A DNA stretch of 32,789 nt from a virus (lineage: Duplodnaviria; Caudoviricetes): positions 1 to 32,789 of IMG/VR virus record IMGVR_UViG_3300043448_000344, one strand, 5' to 3'. Position numbers and translations under genes: made by a program. The notes below the pieces were generated by a model that made no database searches, had not been told where the DNA came from, and saw nothing but the letters and a program-made list of their open reading frames with translations. Below, piece after piece: positions 1 to 8,414 of the stretch (within the stretch, counting starts at the first letter, position 1; each line of letters starts with the position of its first letter).

Positions 1-2
1 AC

Positions 3-86
3 AGAATCGTGCACGACTTCAAGCATGCGTTCGGCGAGGACACAGTTGCAAGTTTTGCAGCGTACATAAAGGGGTTGAAGAAATGA
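3..86 (+). CDS. 3' end of a hypothetical phage protein (truncated by window edge)
   Basis: Open frame RIVHDFKHAFGEDTVASFAAYIKGLKK* whose TGA overlaps the next ATG (ATGA at 83-86). Confidence 0.55.
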   Translation, partial: RIVHDFKHAFGEDTVASFAAYIKGLKK

Positions 87-307
87 GTGACCTATTACTT
101 TTCTTTGGCACCATCGTTGGTGTGATCGTCATCGTGCTGACCTTATACGCGCTGGAAAAGGCTAGCAGCTGCTGGCACAAGTGGGGTGCATGGGACGCCA
201 ATGAAACTGATGACTGCTATGTGCAATCACGCAGGTGTTTTAAGTGCGGGTACATACAGCGTGAACAATTTAGAAAACTGAAGGAGCGCAAAGATGTCAG
301 CACTTGA
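83..307 (+). CDS. Small hypothetical protein, N-terminal TM helix plus Cys/His motifs
   Basis: 74 aa; hydrophobic N-terminus, CWHKW and CFKCG motifs; ATGA coupling to upstream ORF. Confidence 0.6.
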   Translation: MSDLLLFFGTIVGVIVIVLTLYALEKASSCWHKWGAWDANETDDCYVQSRRCFKCGYIQREQFRKLKERKDVST

Positions 308-407
308 GAACATTGCGTTGATAGCTGTGTTGATGATACTAGGCGTTGGTATCGCATGGGCTATGTTGGTCGGGTTCATTTATTGGCTGGAGATTCAAGA
401 CGAGTGA
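294..407 (+). CDS. 37-aa membrane peptide (not in ORF track)
   Basis: AAGGAG at 281-286, ATG 294; MSALENIALIAVLMILGVGIAWAMLVGFIYWLEIQDE*. Confidence 0.6.
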   Translation: MSALENIALIAVLMILGVGIAWAMLVGFIYWLEIQDE

Positions 408-412
408 AAGCC

Positions 413-589
413 ATGATCGAGATCGTAAAAACATACAGCGGCGTACCACGAGTACGGCAGGGGTGGGGTGGAGTTGTCGAGCAAAAAGCTAGGGTGACAA
501 TCAGCTATCTCTACCGCTGTACAGTTTGCGGTCGCTTGTTTACTGACAAAGCAAAAGCGAAAGAGCACAGCCATGAGGAAACGAAGTAA
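413..589 (+). CDS. Small zinc-finger-like protein
   Basis: ATG 413 just after the upstream stop; YRCTVCGRLF...HSH motif. Confidence 0.55.
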   Translation: MIEIVKTYSGVPRVRQGWGGVVEQKARVTISYLYRCTVCGRLFTDKAKAKEHSHEETK

Positions 590-1040
590 GTACAAACCAA
601 AGGGGCAGCTACCTGACCCAGTGACATGGGTGCTTGCTGGCATCAAACCATTCAAGGCAGTACCAAGCAGCATCGACATACGCATCAAGAACCATGCAGC
701 CATGGACGCGCTTCGCAAAGGCGAAGCGGGAAAACCCGAGATTGACATTTTGATTGGTGCGTTTAACATGACGGAAGCGTATGCAAGACTACGCCCCGAA
801 CTAGGTGCTGACTGGGCTGACGAGATTAAGAGCGGACAAGACGCGTTGCTCGCTGTTGCGAAGCGTGGTGTTGAGACAGGTAGATTTATTCTGAAGGCAT
901 CAGAGCTGACAGCTATGAATCTTGTCATGGAGTTGCACGATGTGCAGCTGGACAACACGACGGTGCGTGACATGGAGCTGGCAATGGATGTTGTCGAGAA
1001 AGAGTACAAACTACGCAAGATGCGTGCAGTGAAGGAGTGA
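573..1040 (+). CDS. Hypothetical phage protein (155 aa)
   Basis: Long ORF overlapping both neighbours in the same orientation; no recognised motif. Confidence 0.75.
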   Translation: MRKRSKYKPKGQLPDPVTWVLAGIKPFKAVPSSIDIRIKNHAAMDALRKGEAGKPEIDILIGAFNMTEAYARLRPELGADWADEIKSGQDALLAVAKRGVETGRFILKASELTAMNLVMELHDVQLDNTTVRDMELAMDVVEKEYKLRKMRAVKE

Positions 1041-1213
1041 TGATGAGAAAGATTCGCACAGAGATGTTTGCCATTACATACAAGGGCAGGATTTATAAAG
1101 GCACGAAGGGACAATACTTTTTGTTCTCTAAGAAAAAAGATGCCCAAGAGTTCGTCGTCGCATCAGGCGCCGATGTTGTGAAAGTAACCGTAACCATAAC
1201 CCCGAAGGAGTGA
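1040..1213 (+). CDS. 57-aa hypothetical protein (not in ORF track)
   Basis: AAGGAG RBS, TGATG overlap; MMRKIRTEMFAITYKGRIYKG...TITPKE*; exactly fills the gap between neighbours. Confidence 0.6.
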   Translation: MMRKIRTEMFAITYKGRIYKGTKGQYFLFSKKKDAQEFVVASGADVVKVTVTITPKE

Positions 1214-1215
1214 AA

Positions 1216-1590
1216 ATGAGAGCAAAGAAAAAACCCGTAATCCAAAAGACACTGATGAAGCTGCCAGCGAATATGAAGCTCGTGCAAGCAAGCGCCGTGC
1301 ATAACGAAGTCGCGCCACAGAACCATCCACTGTACGCAGTGTTTGAAGCCGCCATCACGCAAGCGATGTATGGCAAGGGACAACGCCATGGTGGCAATGT
1401 GACGCCGTTCTTAGAGCAGCCATGGGTGCACTATGCCAAGATGCACGGACGCGGTTTCCTCACTGGCCAAGCCGCCAAGAAATTGGAAGAGGCTGCAAGC
1501 ACCCGTGAAGGCGAAGCGTTCGAGACCGAGGTGTTCGGTGCGATGGTGTACTTGGGCATGGCGATTCTCAAAGAGCGAGGTGAAGTATGA
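1216..1590 (+). CDS. Hypothetical alpha-helical phage protein
   Basis: AAGGAG RBS then ATG 1216; GKGQRH...PFLEQP...GQAAKKLEE motif; ATGA coupling to next gene. Confidence 0.7.
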   Translation: MRAKKKPVIQKTLMKLPANMKLVQASAVHNEVAPQNHPLYAVFEAAITQAMYGKGQRHGGNVTPFLEQPWVHYAKMHGRGFLTGQAAKKLEEAASTREGEAFETEVFGAMVYLGMAILKERGEV

Positions 1591-2108
1591 GCGAAGTAAT
1601 GGTTGACCTAGAGACCCTAGGTAACGGCAGCAATGCTGCCATCATTTCCATCGGTGCAGTTGCGTTCGACCCTGCGAGCGGACAGATCACCAGCGAGTTT
1701 TATGTGAATGTAGACCCACAGAGTTGCATCGACGCTGGCCTGAAGATGGATGTCAGCACAGTGATGTGGTGGATGAAACAGTCCGACGACGCACGAGCTG
1801 CGTTCACCAAGCCGAGCGTGCCACTAGCACTGGCGCTGGATATGTTCAAAGGCTGGTACCCACAAGGTGCAGGTATGTGGGGCAACGGTGCCACATTCGA
1901 CAATGTGATTCTGGACAACGCATTCAAAGCCACAGGCATCAACCGCCCATGGCACTTCACCAAAGACCGCTGCTACCGCACGCTCAAAGCACTGCGCCCT
2001 GACATCAAGCAAGACCGAGTGGGTACGCATCACAATGCGTTGGACGACGCAAAGTTCCAAGCCCTGCATGCCAGCAAACTGCTGCGTGCGTTGGGGGCAA
2101 AGACATGA
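1587..2108 (+). CDS. DEDDh 3'-5' exoribonuclease (RNase AS / Rv2179c-like)
   Basis: Motifs VMVDLETLG, WGNGATFDNVIL, RCYRTLK, HNALDDA. Confidence 0.85.
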   Translation: MSEVMVDLETLGNGSNAAIISIGAVAFDPASGQITSEFYVNVDPQSCIDAGLKMDVSTVMWWMKQSDDARAAFTKPSVPLALALDMFKGWYPQGAGMWGNGATFDNVILDNAFKATGINRPWHFTKDRCYRTLKALRPDIKQDRVGTHHNALDDAKFQALHASKLLRALGAKT

Positions 2109-2551
2109 GCGACGAAGTAGACGCATTTACATATTCGTCCATGCGTGGCATGACAACGAAAGAACTGCATGAAGCACAAGTTAAACGCTTGTCAGCAGCA
2201 ACACAACGGAACATTAACGGAGGTCTTATGAATCCAGGTATAGCAAGTTCGATGGGTAACGCAGCACAAGGCATGCACGCAGGTGCGCAACAGAGCATTC
2301 TTTCAAACAACACGGTTGGCCAAATCGCCAACACACCGCTGGTGATGAAAACTAACATCGGCCCTGAGCGTACCATTCGCTCTAAGGTTGAGCTGGGTTT
2401 ACAAATCATCCAAGCCGAGAACGGATTCATTGTGCACATTGGCAATCACTACGGCGGGTTAACTGATGTGCATATTGCCGCAACACTCGAAGATGTGAAC
2501 ACCATCATCACATCGCAACTGGCGTCACGCATGCTTGATCGGACTGAGTGA
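2105..2551 (+). CDS. Hypothetical protein (148 aa)
   Basis: 4-nt start/stop overlaps at both ends; C-terminal IIQAENGFIV beta motif. Confidence 0.7.
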   Translation: MSDEVDAFTYSSMRGMTTKELHEAQVKRLSAATQRNINGGLMNPGIASSMGNAAQGMHAGAQQSILSNNTVGQIANTPLVMKTNIGPERTIRSKVELGLQIIQAENGFIVHIGNHYGGLTDVHIAATLEDVNTIITSQLASRMLDRTE

Positions 2552-4383
2552 TGGATATTCTCACTGTTGACTTTGAAACTTTCTACGACAAGGATTACTC
2601 TTTGTCGAAGATGCAGACTGATGCGTACATCAGCGACGACCTCTTTGAAGTTATCGGTGTGGCTGTCATCAAGAACGACGAAGATGCCGTGTGGTTCAGT
2701 GGCACAGAGCTGGAGGTCGCAGGGTGGTTGTACAACTACGACTGGGCTAACAGCGCTGTGCGCTGCCACAACACTTTGTTCGATGGGTATATCTTGACGC
2801 AACGCTTTGGCATATCGCCTAAGCTGTGGATGGACACCCTCGCACAAGGGCGCATGCTGTTGCCGTACTTGCAGTACCACTCGTTGGCCAACCTCGCCAA
2901 GCAATACAACCTGCCGGACAAAGGCACAGCGGTTGTGAAAGCGTTGGGCAAGAAGCGTGAGGACTTTAATCCCATGGAATTAAACGAGTACGCCGAATAC
3001 TGCAAACACGACACATGGCTGTGCAAGGAGTTGGGCAAGCGCTTCGACCCCTATACACCTGCGCTCGAGTTGAAGCTCATCGACATGACGGTGCGCATGT
3101 TCACTGAGCCGATGCTGGTGGGCGACCAAGCCAAGATGCAAGAGCTGTACGACCTAGAGATCGCACGCAAAGAAGAGCTGTTGAAAGCCGCCAATGTAGA
3201 TCGCTCGATCATCATGTCCAACGACAAGTTCGCTGCGAAATTGATGGAGCTGGGTGTGACACCACCCACAAAGACAAGCAAAACCACTGGAAAGGAAACC
3301 TATGCCTTCGCAAAATCAGACAAAGAATTCACCGACCTCTTGGAGTCCGACGATGCGGATGTACAGGCGCTGGTTGCAGCTCGTCTGGGTGTTAAAACAA
3401 CCATTGCGGAAACGCGAGCGCTGAAGTTCTTAGAGACCGCCAAGCGTGGCCCGTTGCCCGTGTACCTCAATTTCTGGGGCGCTAAGACCACGGGGCGCTA
3501 CTCTGGTGGCAACTCCATCAACTGGCAAAACATCCCTGCTCGTGGCCCCTCAGCGGGTCTGCGTGATGCACTGCTGGCACCGCTTGGCTACACCGTGTTG
3601 GTGGGTGACTCATCCAACATTGAACTCCGCACAGTGATGGCGCTGGCTGGCCAAGACGATGTGTTGCTCAAGCTGAAAAACGGCGTTGACCTGTACTGTG
3701 ACTTCGCATCGAAGCTGTTCGGGCGCACGATTACCAAGGCTGACAAGGGCGAGCGTTTCTTGGGCAAGACAGCGATGCTGGGCTTGCAGTACGGCGCTGG
3801 TGCCAAGCGATTCCAAGAGATGGTTCGCCTTGCAAAACGCACAGACCCCACAGTGGAGCTGATCGACCTTGACCGTGCCTATGCCATTGTGGACTTATAC
3901 CGCTCGGTGCACTACAAGGTGGTGGAGTTGTGGAAGCGTTGCGACAAGGTGATCTTGCCTGACATCGCCAACGGGTGCAGCATGATCAATGTGGATGTGA
4001 ACGGCTGGTTCATCACCCAGTGGGACGGTTTTGGTCGCCCCGGTGAGCCCGGTGTCATGTACAACGACCTGAAGTATGACGGCAACGAGTGGACATACCT
4101 GATGGGTAAACAGCGCGTGGGCATCCACGGAGCGAAAGTTGTAGAAAATTTATCGCAACATGCTGCAATGCGCATCGTTATGTGGCAAACTGCGCGTATC
4201 AATCAACGCTACCCAGTCAAACTGTCTGTTCACGATGAGGCTGTCTGTGTGGTGAAGAACGATGAACTTGATGAAGCGCGTGCGTATATGGAAGAGTGCC
4301 TTGCAATGACACCCAAGTGGTGCCGCAGCATTCCCGTTGCGTGTGAAACTGGAGTTGGAGGTAGTTATGGAGATGCTAAGTAA
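2548..4383 (+). CDS. Family A DNA polymerase with 3'-5' exonuclease domain
   Basis: ExoI VDFETF, ExoII HNTLFD, TTGRYS, motif A GDSSNIELR, motif B RFLGKTAMLGLQYG, motif C VHDE; start GTG 2548 or ATG 2551. Confidence 0.95.
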   Translation: MMDILTVDFETFYDKDYSLSKMQTDAYISDDLFEVIGVAVIKNDEDAVWFSGTELEVAGWLYNYDWANSAVRCHNTLFDGYILTQRFGISPKLWMDTLAQGRMLLPYLQYHSLANLAKQYNLPDKGTAVVKALGKKREDFNPMELNEYAEYCKHDTWLCKELGKRFDPYTPALELKLIDMTVRMFTEPMLVGDQAKMQELYDLEIARKEELLKAANVDRSIIMSNDKFAAKLMELGVTPPTKTSKTTGKETYAFAKSDKEFTDLLESDDADVQALVAARLGVKTTIAETRALKFLETAKRGPLPVYLNFWGAKTTGRYSGGNSINWQNIPARGPSAGLRDALLAPLGYTVLVGDSSNIELRTVMALAGQDDVLLKLKNGVDLYCDFASKLFGRTITKADKGERFLGKTAMLGLQYGAGAKRFQEMVRLAKRTDPTVELIDLDRAYAIVDLYRSVHYKVVELWKRCDKVILPDIANGCSMINVDVNGWFITQWDGFGRPGEPGVMYNDLKYDGNEWTYLMGKQRVGIHGAKVVENLSQHAAMRIVMWQTARINQRYPVKLSVHDEAVCVVKNDELDEARAYMEECLAMTPKWCRSIPVACETGVGGSYGDAK

Positions 4384-4615
4384 TCGCATGCCGCAATGGG
4401 TTCGCGCAGAGTACCGGAAAGATTACAGAGACATGTGTAGTTACGCGGATGTTGGTGTGAGGGTTGCGGACGGATGGGTGCACTTGTTGCACCTACAAAT
4501 CCAAGAGTACCAACAACACGACCGAGTAATTAGAAAGACACGGCTCGAGGTTCTCCAAGAAGCGCACCAACACATCACAACCGAACTTGCAAAACTAACC
4601 TTGGAAGAAACATGA
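4367..4615 (+). CDS. Hypothetical protein (82 aa)
   Basis: GGAGG at 4357-4361, ATG 4367; ATGA overlap with next gene. Confidence 0.55.
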   Translation: MEMLSNRMPQWVRAEYRKDYRDMCSYADVGVRVADGWVHLLHLQIQEYQQHDRVIRKTRLEVLQEAHQHITTELAKLTLEET

Positions 4616-5331
4616 CCCACCCAATGCCCCTGTCGTTCAGCCGACTGTCTACATTCGAGCAATGCCCTGCGCAGTTCGATTATCTGTATGTCTCCAAGCG
4701 TGTGCAGAACACGATGAACGAGGCATCAGAGTATGGTGACCGCGTGCACAAGGTGCTTGAGGCGTATGGCAATGCCATCGTGGCTGGTAGCGAGGCAACA
4801 GTTGCTGCTGTCGCACTGGAAGATACTCTTGAAGCAAAGCAGTCACTTGAGCGCTGGGGGCCACTGGTCGAGAAGATCACATCACGCAACGGTGACAAAT
4901 ACTTTGAGCACCAGATGTCTGTGAACCGCCAGCTACAACCCGTTGATTGGTTCGCCAAAGATGTGTGGATTCGCTCCATTGCCGATGTGCTGGTTGTTGA
5001 CGGCGACACTGCGTACTGCCTTGATTACAAGACCGGCAAAGTCAAAGAGAACCCCACCCAGTTGCAGTTGTTTGCAGCCATGGTGATGTGGCATTTCCCG
5101 CAGGTGACGAAAGTCAAGACCTCGTTCGTGTGGTTGAAGTTCGACCAAGTAACGAACGCTGTGTACGAGCGCCGATTCTTAGACGCGCTGTGGCGTGCAC
5201 TGGAGCCACGCTTTGACAAGGTGCAAGAGGTGATCGACCTCGGTGTGTTCGATACCAAGCCAAGCGGCCTGTGCCCTTGGTGCCCAGCGAAAGGGTTCTG
5301 CCCTGACGCACGATTGAAAGGTAAGAGATGA
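4612..5331 (+). CDS. PD-(D/E)XK nuclease, RecB/Cas4-like, probable Fe-S cluster
   Basis: LSFSRLSTFEQCP, IAD...LDYKTGK, QLQLF, C-terminal CPWCPAKGFCP. Confidence 0.88.
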   Translation: MTHPMPLSFSRLSTFEQCPAQFDYLYVSKRVQNTMNEASEYGDRVHKVLEAYGNAIVAGSEATVAAVALEDTLEAKQSLERWGPLVEKITSRNGDKYFEHQMSVNRQLQPVDWFAKDVWIRSIADVLVVDGDTAYCLDYKTGKVKENPTQLQLFAAMVMWHFPQVTKVKTSFVWLKFDQVTNAVYERRFLDALWRALEPRFDKVQEVIDLGVFDTKPSGLCPWCPAKGFCPDARLKGKR

Positions 5332-5537
5332 CTTTAGGCTGGCTAAACATAACCGGTAAGAACGCGAAGGGCTACAGAGTTTCTCATGTGGTGCCCAACG
5401 AAGACACCTTCGAGCATGAGCTGGATGTTTGCTGCTGGTGCCAACCAGTGGTTGACGATGAAGATTTGAGTGTGGTCGTGCACAACTCGCATGACCAGCG
5501 TGAGCTGTACGAAACAGGCAAAAGGAAAATGATGTGA
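5328..5537 (+). CDS. Small Cys/His hypothetical protein
   Basis: HELDVCCWCQP...VVHNSHDQRE; start/stop overlaps with both neighbours. Confidence 0.65.
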   Translation: MTLGWLNITGKNAKGYRVSHVVPNEDTFEHELDVCCWCQPVVDDEDLSVVVHNSHDQRELYETGKRKMM

Positions 5538-5773
5538 CTAAAAAATATCTGTGTGCAGATTGTGATTGGCTGGGCCTAGAGACTGATCTATTGACAGCGC
5601 CCAACCCATTCATAGAAGGCAATACGCTTCATGCTTGCCCTAAATGCCGTGAGCAAGAGTTATTTTTGGCTTGTGATGTGCCCAGTTGCAAAAAGCAAGC
5701 TACATGCGGATTCCCATCGCCAGACGGGTACCGACAAACTTGTGGCGACCACTGGAGGGAGTTAGATAAATGA
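5534..5773 (+). CDS. Small multi-CxxC zinc-binding protein
   Basis: GTG start after AAGGA; CADC, CPKC, CDVPSC and CGDH motifs. Confidence 0.65.
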   Translation: MTKKYLCADCDWLGLETDLLTAPNPFIEGNTLHACPKCREQELFLACDVPSCKKQATCGFPSPDGYRQTCGDHWRELDK

Positions 5774-6162
5774 AGAATGATTTATGGCTTGAGCGTGGTT
5801 TGTTTGTTGGTGGGTATCTTGCCTTCGTTACAACACAAGAGGAATTTGTCGAAGCACTGAAAGACATTGGGTGCGCTGACTACACAGACTTATTCGTTCC
5901 CAACGGATGGCCAGCATGCACGCACAGCTTCGATAATGTAAAGGGCAGTGTTGCTTGTATCGTTGGGCTTGACTTGGAACGCTGCGCCGAAGAAGACCCC
6001 ATCGATGTGGCGGCACTGCTGGTACATGAGGCGGTGCATGTGTGGCAGCACGCCGAGAAAAAGGCAGGCAAGCTTGGTTGTTTCGGTGACGAAGGTGAAG
6101 CGTACGCAATCCAAAATATAAGCACGCGTCTAATGACTGCGTATGTGGAGAAAATTAAATGA
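5770..6162 (+). CDS. Putative zincin-like metallopeptidase
   Basis: LLVHEAVHVWQ (HExxH) followed by EGEAY (ExxA third-ligand motif). Confidence 0.65.
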   Translation: MKNDLWLERGLFVGGYLAFVTTQEEFVEALKDIGCADYTDLFVPNGWPACTHSFDNVKGSVACIVGLDLERCAEEDPIDVAALLVHEAVHVWQHAEKKAGKLGCFGDEGEAYAIQNISTRLMTAYVEKIK

Positions 6163-6470
6163 AGAACGAAGGCGATGTTAAAAAGATTGTCAAGAAAACT
6201 CTTGCCGGTACTGAGCGTTGCTGGTGGTTTATGCCACCTGCTAACGGCTATGGTCGGGCTGGTATCCCTGACTTTGTTGGCTGGGTTAATGGCTGTCCAT
6301 TTGCTGTTGAAACTAAGTTTGGCAAAGGCGTCACAACTGCTAACCAAAACCGTGAAATCAACGACGCGACGCACGCGGGTGGCGAAGTCTGGATTGTCAG
6401 AGAAACAAATGTAGACACATGGGTTTTAGAATTCAAAGCGTGGGTGGCGTTAAATGCTATTGATTCCTGA
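6159..6470 (+). CDS. VRR-NUC family nuclease
   Basis: GIPD...AVETK...TANQ motif; typical position before an SNF2 helicase. Confidence 0.85.
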   Translation: MKNEGDVKKIVKKTLAGTERCWWFMPPANGYGRAGIPDFVGWVNGCPFAVETKFGKGVTTANQNREINDATHAGGEVWIVRETNVDTWVLEFKAWVALNAIDS

Positions 6471-8007
6471 AAAGCGCAAGATCATCATCAACAGCACAGA
6501 GAACGCTGCTGTTGCGCAGTACATCCCTCACGCAAAGACATTCACACACAATGGTGAAGACCTCGTTGCGTTGCCCTATGGTGTTGATGAGTCGATGGTT
6601 CTGAAGAACCTTGGCTTCAGTGTGCCAGCACCGATCTTGCAGTATTACAACTGGCCCGGTCGCTTCGCGCCGATGGAACACCAGAAAGACACAGCGGCGT
6701 TCTTGACCACACACAAGCGTGCGTTGTGTCTCAATGCTCCGGGCACTGGCAAATCCATCAGCTCAATCTGGGCTGCTGACTTCTTGCTGGATGAAGGCAT
6801 TGCGCGCAAGGTGCTGATCGTTGCACCGCTATCGACTGTGAAGGTCGTGTGGGGTCGTGAGTTGAAACACCACTTGCCGCACCGCTCGTTCGTGGTCTGC
6901 ACGGGTACAAAGCAAAAGCGCCTCGACCTGTTGAACACTCCCGGTGTGCAGTATGTGATCATCAACCACGATGGCTTCACGAACATGCAAGACCAACTGA
7001 CTGGCTTCGATGTGGTGATCTATGACGAGGCAACAGCGCTCAAGTCACCCAGCTCGCAACGCTACAAGATATTCGCTAGGTGGATGCAAAAGCATCAGCC
7101 TTGGTTGTGGTTGCTGACGGGCACGCCCATCTCACAAACACCTGCTGACGCATGGACTCTGGCACGCCTTGTTGATTCACCCAATGTGCCCAAGAGCTTC
7201 ACCACATTCAAAGACTTGGTGATGCAGAAGGTGACTACATTTCGTTGGATTCCGCGCGCTGATGCGCTTGAGACATGCCGCAAGGTGTTGCAGCCTTCGA
7301 TTCGTTTTTCGTTGGATGAGTGTAAAGACTTGCCTGACACCAACTTCGTTGGTCGCAAGACCGAGTTGACCAAGCAACAAGTTAAAGCGTTTGCCGACAT
7401 GAAAGACAAAGCAGTGACGGTGTTTGCTGCTGGTGAAGTGACTGCTGCCAACACAGCGGTGATGTTGAGTAAGCTGTTGCAAATTTGTTGCGGCGTTGTG
7501 TATGGTGATGACACTACGATTGCCATCGACGCCTCGGAGCGCTATAATACGCTCACTGAATTACTCACTGAGATCGGTGACAAAGCAATCATCTTTGTGC
7601 CATTGAAAGGCGTGCAACAGTGGCTTCAACAAAAGCTGACTGCTGATGGTTTCGATGTTGCAATGGTCAATGGTGATACGAGCAAGAAAGATCGTGATCA
7701 GATATTCAATGACTTCCAACACACGGACAAGCCGCAGATTCTGTTGGCACATCCGAAGGTTGCAGCACATGGATTGACGCTCACGAGAGCAAAGGACATC
7801 ATTTGGTACGCACCTATTTATTCACTTGAACAGTACGAGCAAGCCAATGCACGCATTCGCCGGTTGACCACGACTGGCAAAACCTCTGTGTGGCACATCT
7901 GGGCCACCAGCTTTGAAGCAGAGTTGTACCGCAGACTCCGCGCAAAGAAAAACACCCTTGCGGAATTTTTAAACTTAGTACAAGGTATCAACAGTGACGA
8001 TGAGTAA
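6454..8007 (+). CDS. SNF2-like superfamily 2 helicase
   Basis: Walker A PGTGKS, DEAT, LTGTP, HGLTLT, QANARIRR. Confidence 0.92.
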   Translation: MLLIPEKRKIIINSTENAAVAQYIPHAKTFTHNGEDLVALPYGVDESMVLKNLGFSVPAPILQYYNWPGRFAPMEHQKDTAAFLTTHKRALCLNAPGTGKSISSIWAADFLLDEGIARKVLIVAPLSTVKVVWGRELKHHLPHRSFVVCTGTKQKRLDLLNTPGVQYVIINHDGFTNMQDQLTGFDVVIYDEATALKSPSSQRYKIFARWMQKHQPWLWLLTGTPISQTPADAWTLARLVDSPNVPKSFTTFKDLVMQKVTTFRWIPRADALETCRKVLQPSIRFSLDECKDLPDTNFVGRKTELTKQQVKAFADMKDKAVTVFAAGEVTAANTAVMLSKLLQICCGVVYGDDTTIAIDASERYNTLTELLTEIGDKAIIFVPLKGVQQWLQQKLTADGFDVAMVNGDTSKKDRDQIFNDFQHTDKPQILLAHPKVAAHGLTLTRAKDIIWYAPIYSLEQYEQANARIRRLTTTGKTSVWHIWATSFEAELYRRLRAKKNTLAEFLNLVQGINSDDE

Positions 8008-8018
8008 AGGAATCAAAC

Positions 8019-8411
8019 ATGAACTATGACATTGCAACAGAGCGGTACATTGCAGTCCGCAGTGAGATCGAAGCGTTAGAGCGTGAACACAAGGCAACCA
8101 AAGCAAAGTTAACAGAGAAACTGGTAGCGATTGAAAACTGGATTACTGCTAAAGCACAAGAAGATGGTTTAGAAACCGTCAAGACACCGTCCGGTACAGG
8201 GTACTGGTCAACACACCACACAGCAACAGTGGGTTCTCGTGAAGAGTTCTTCCGCTTTTGCAAAGAGCATGATGCGTGGGATATGGTCGAGTCCCGTGCG
8301 TCAAAGACCGGAGTCAAGAGTTACATCGAGGCTAACGGCGCACCACCACCGGGGGTGAATTTTTCTTCGACTCGTGTATTTAATTTGCGTAAAGCGCAAG
8401 CAAAGGACTGA
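8019..8411 (+). CDS. Hypothetical phage replication-module protein
   Basis: AAGGA RBS; N-terminal coiled coil, KTPSGT, C-terminal PPPGV. Confidence 0.75.
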   Translation: MNYDIATERYIAVRSEIEALEREHKATKAKLTEKLVAIENWITAKAQEDGLETVKTPSGTGYWSTHHTATVGSREEFFRFCKEHDAWDMVESRASKTGVKSYIEANGAPPPGVNFSSTRVFNLRKAQAKD

Positions 8412-8414
8412 TTT

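Noticed and set aside
409-576. AGCCATGA repeated at the starts of the 413 and 573 genes
   Set aside because: Only 8 bp and includes the ATG; too short to separate from chance.
395-1147. 250-aa minus-strand ORF and many other antisense ORFs in the track
   Set aside because: They are shadows of coupled genes on the opposite strand and lack recognisable motifs.
1216-1590. Possible MazG-like nucleotide pyrophosphatase
   Set aside because: Helical with EE and E...Y residues, but the ExxD acidic motif is missing; left as hypothetical.
4374-4600. Possible junction duplication around the 4367 gene (TGCTAAGTAATC versus TGCAAAACTAACC)
   Set aside because: Too degenerate to support.
4612-5331. CRISPR-Cas system suggested by the Cas4-like protein
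   Set aside because: No repeat-spacer array or other cas genes seen in the window.
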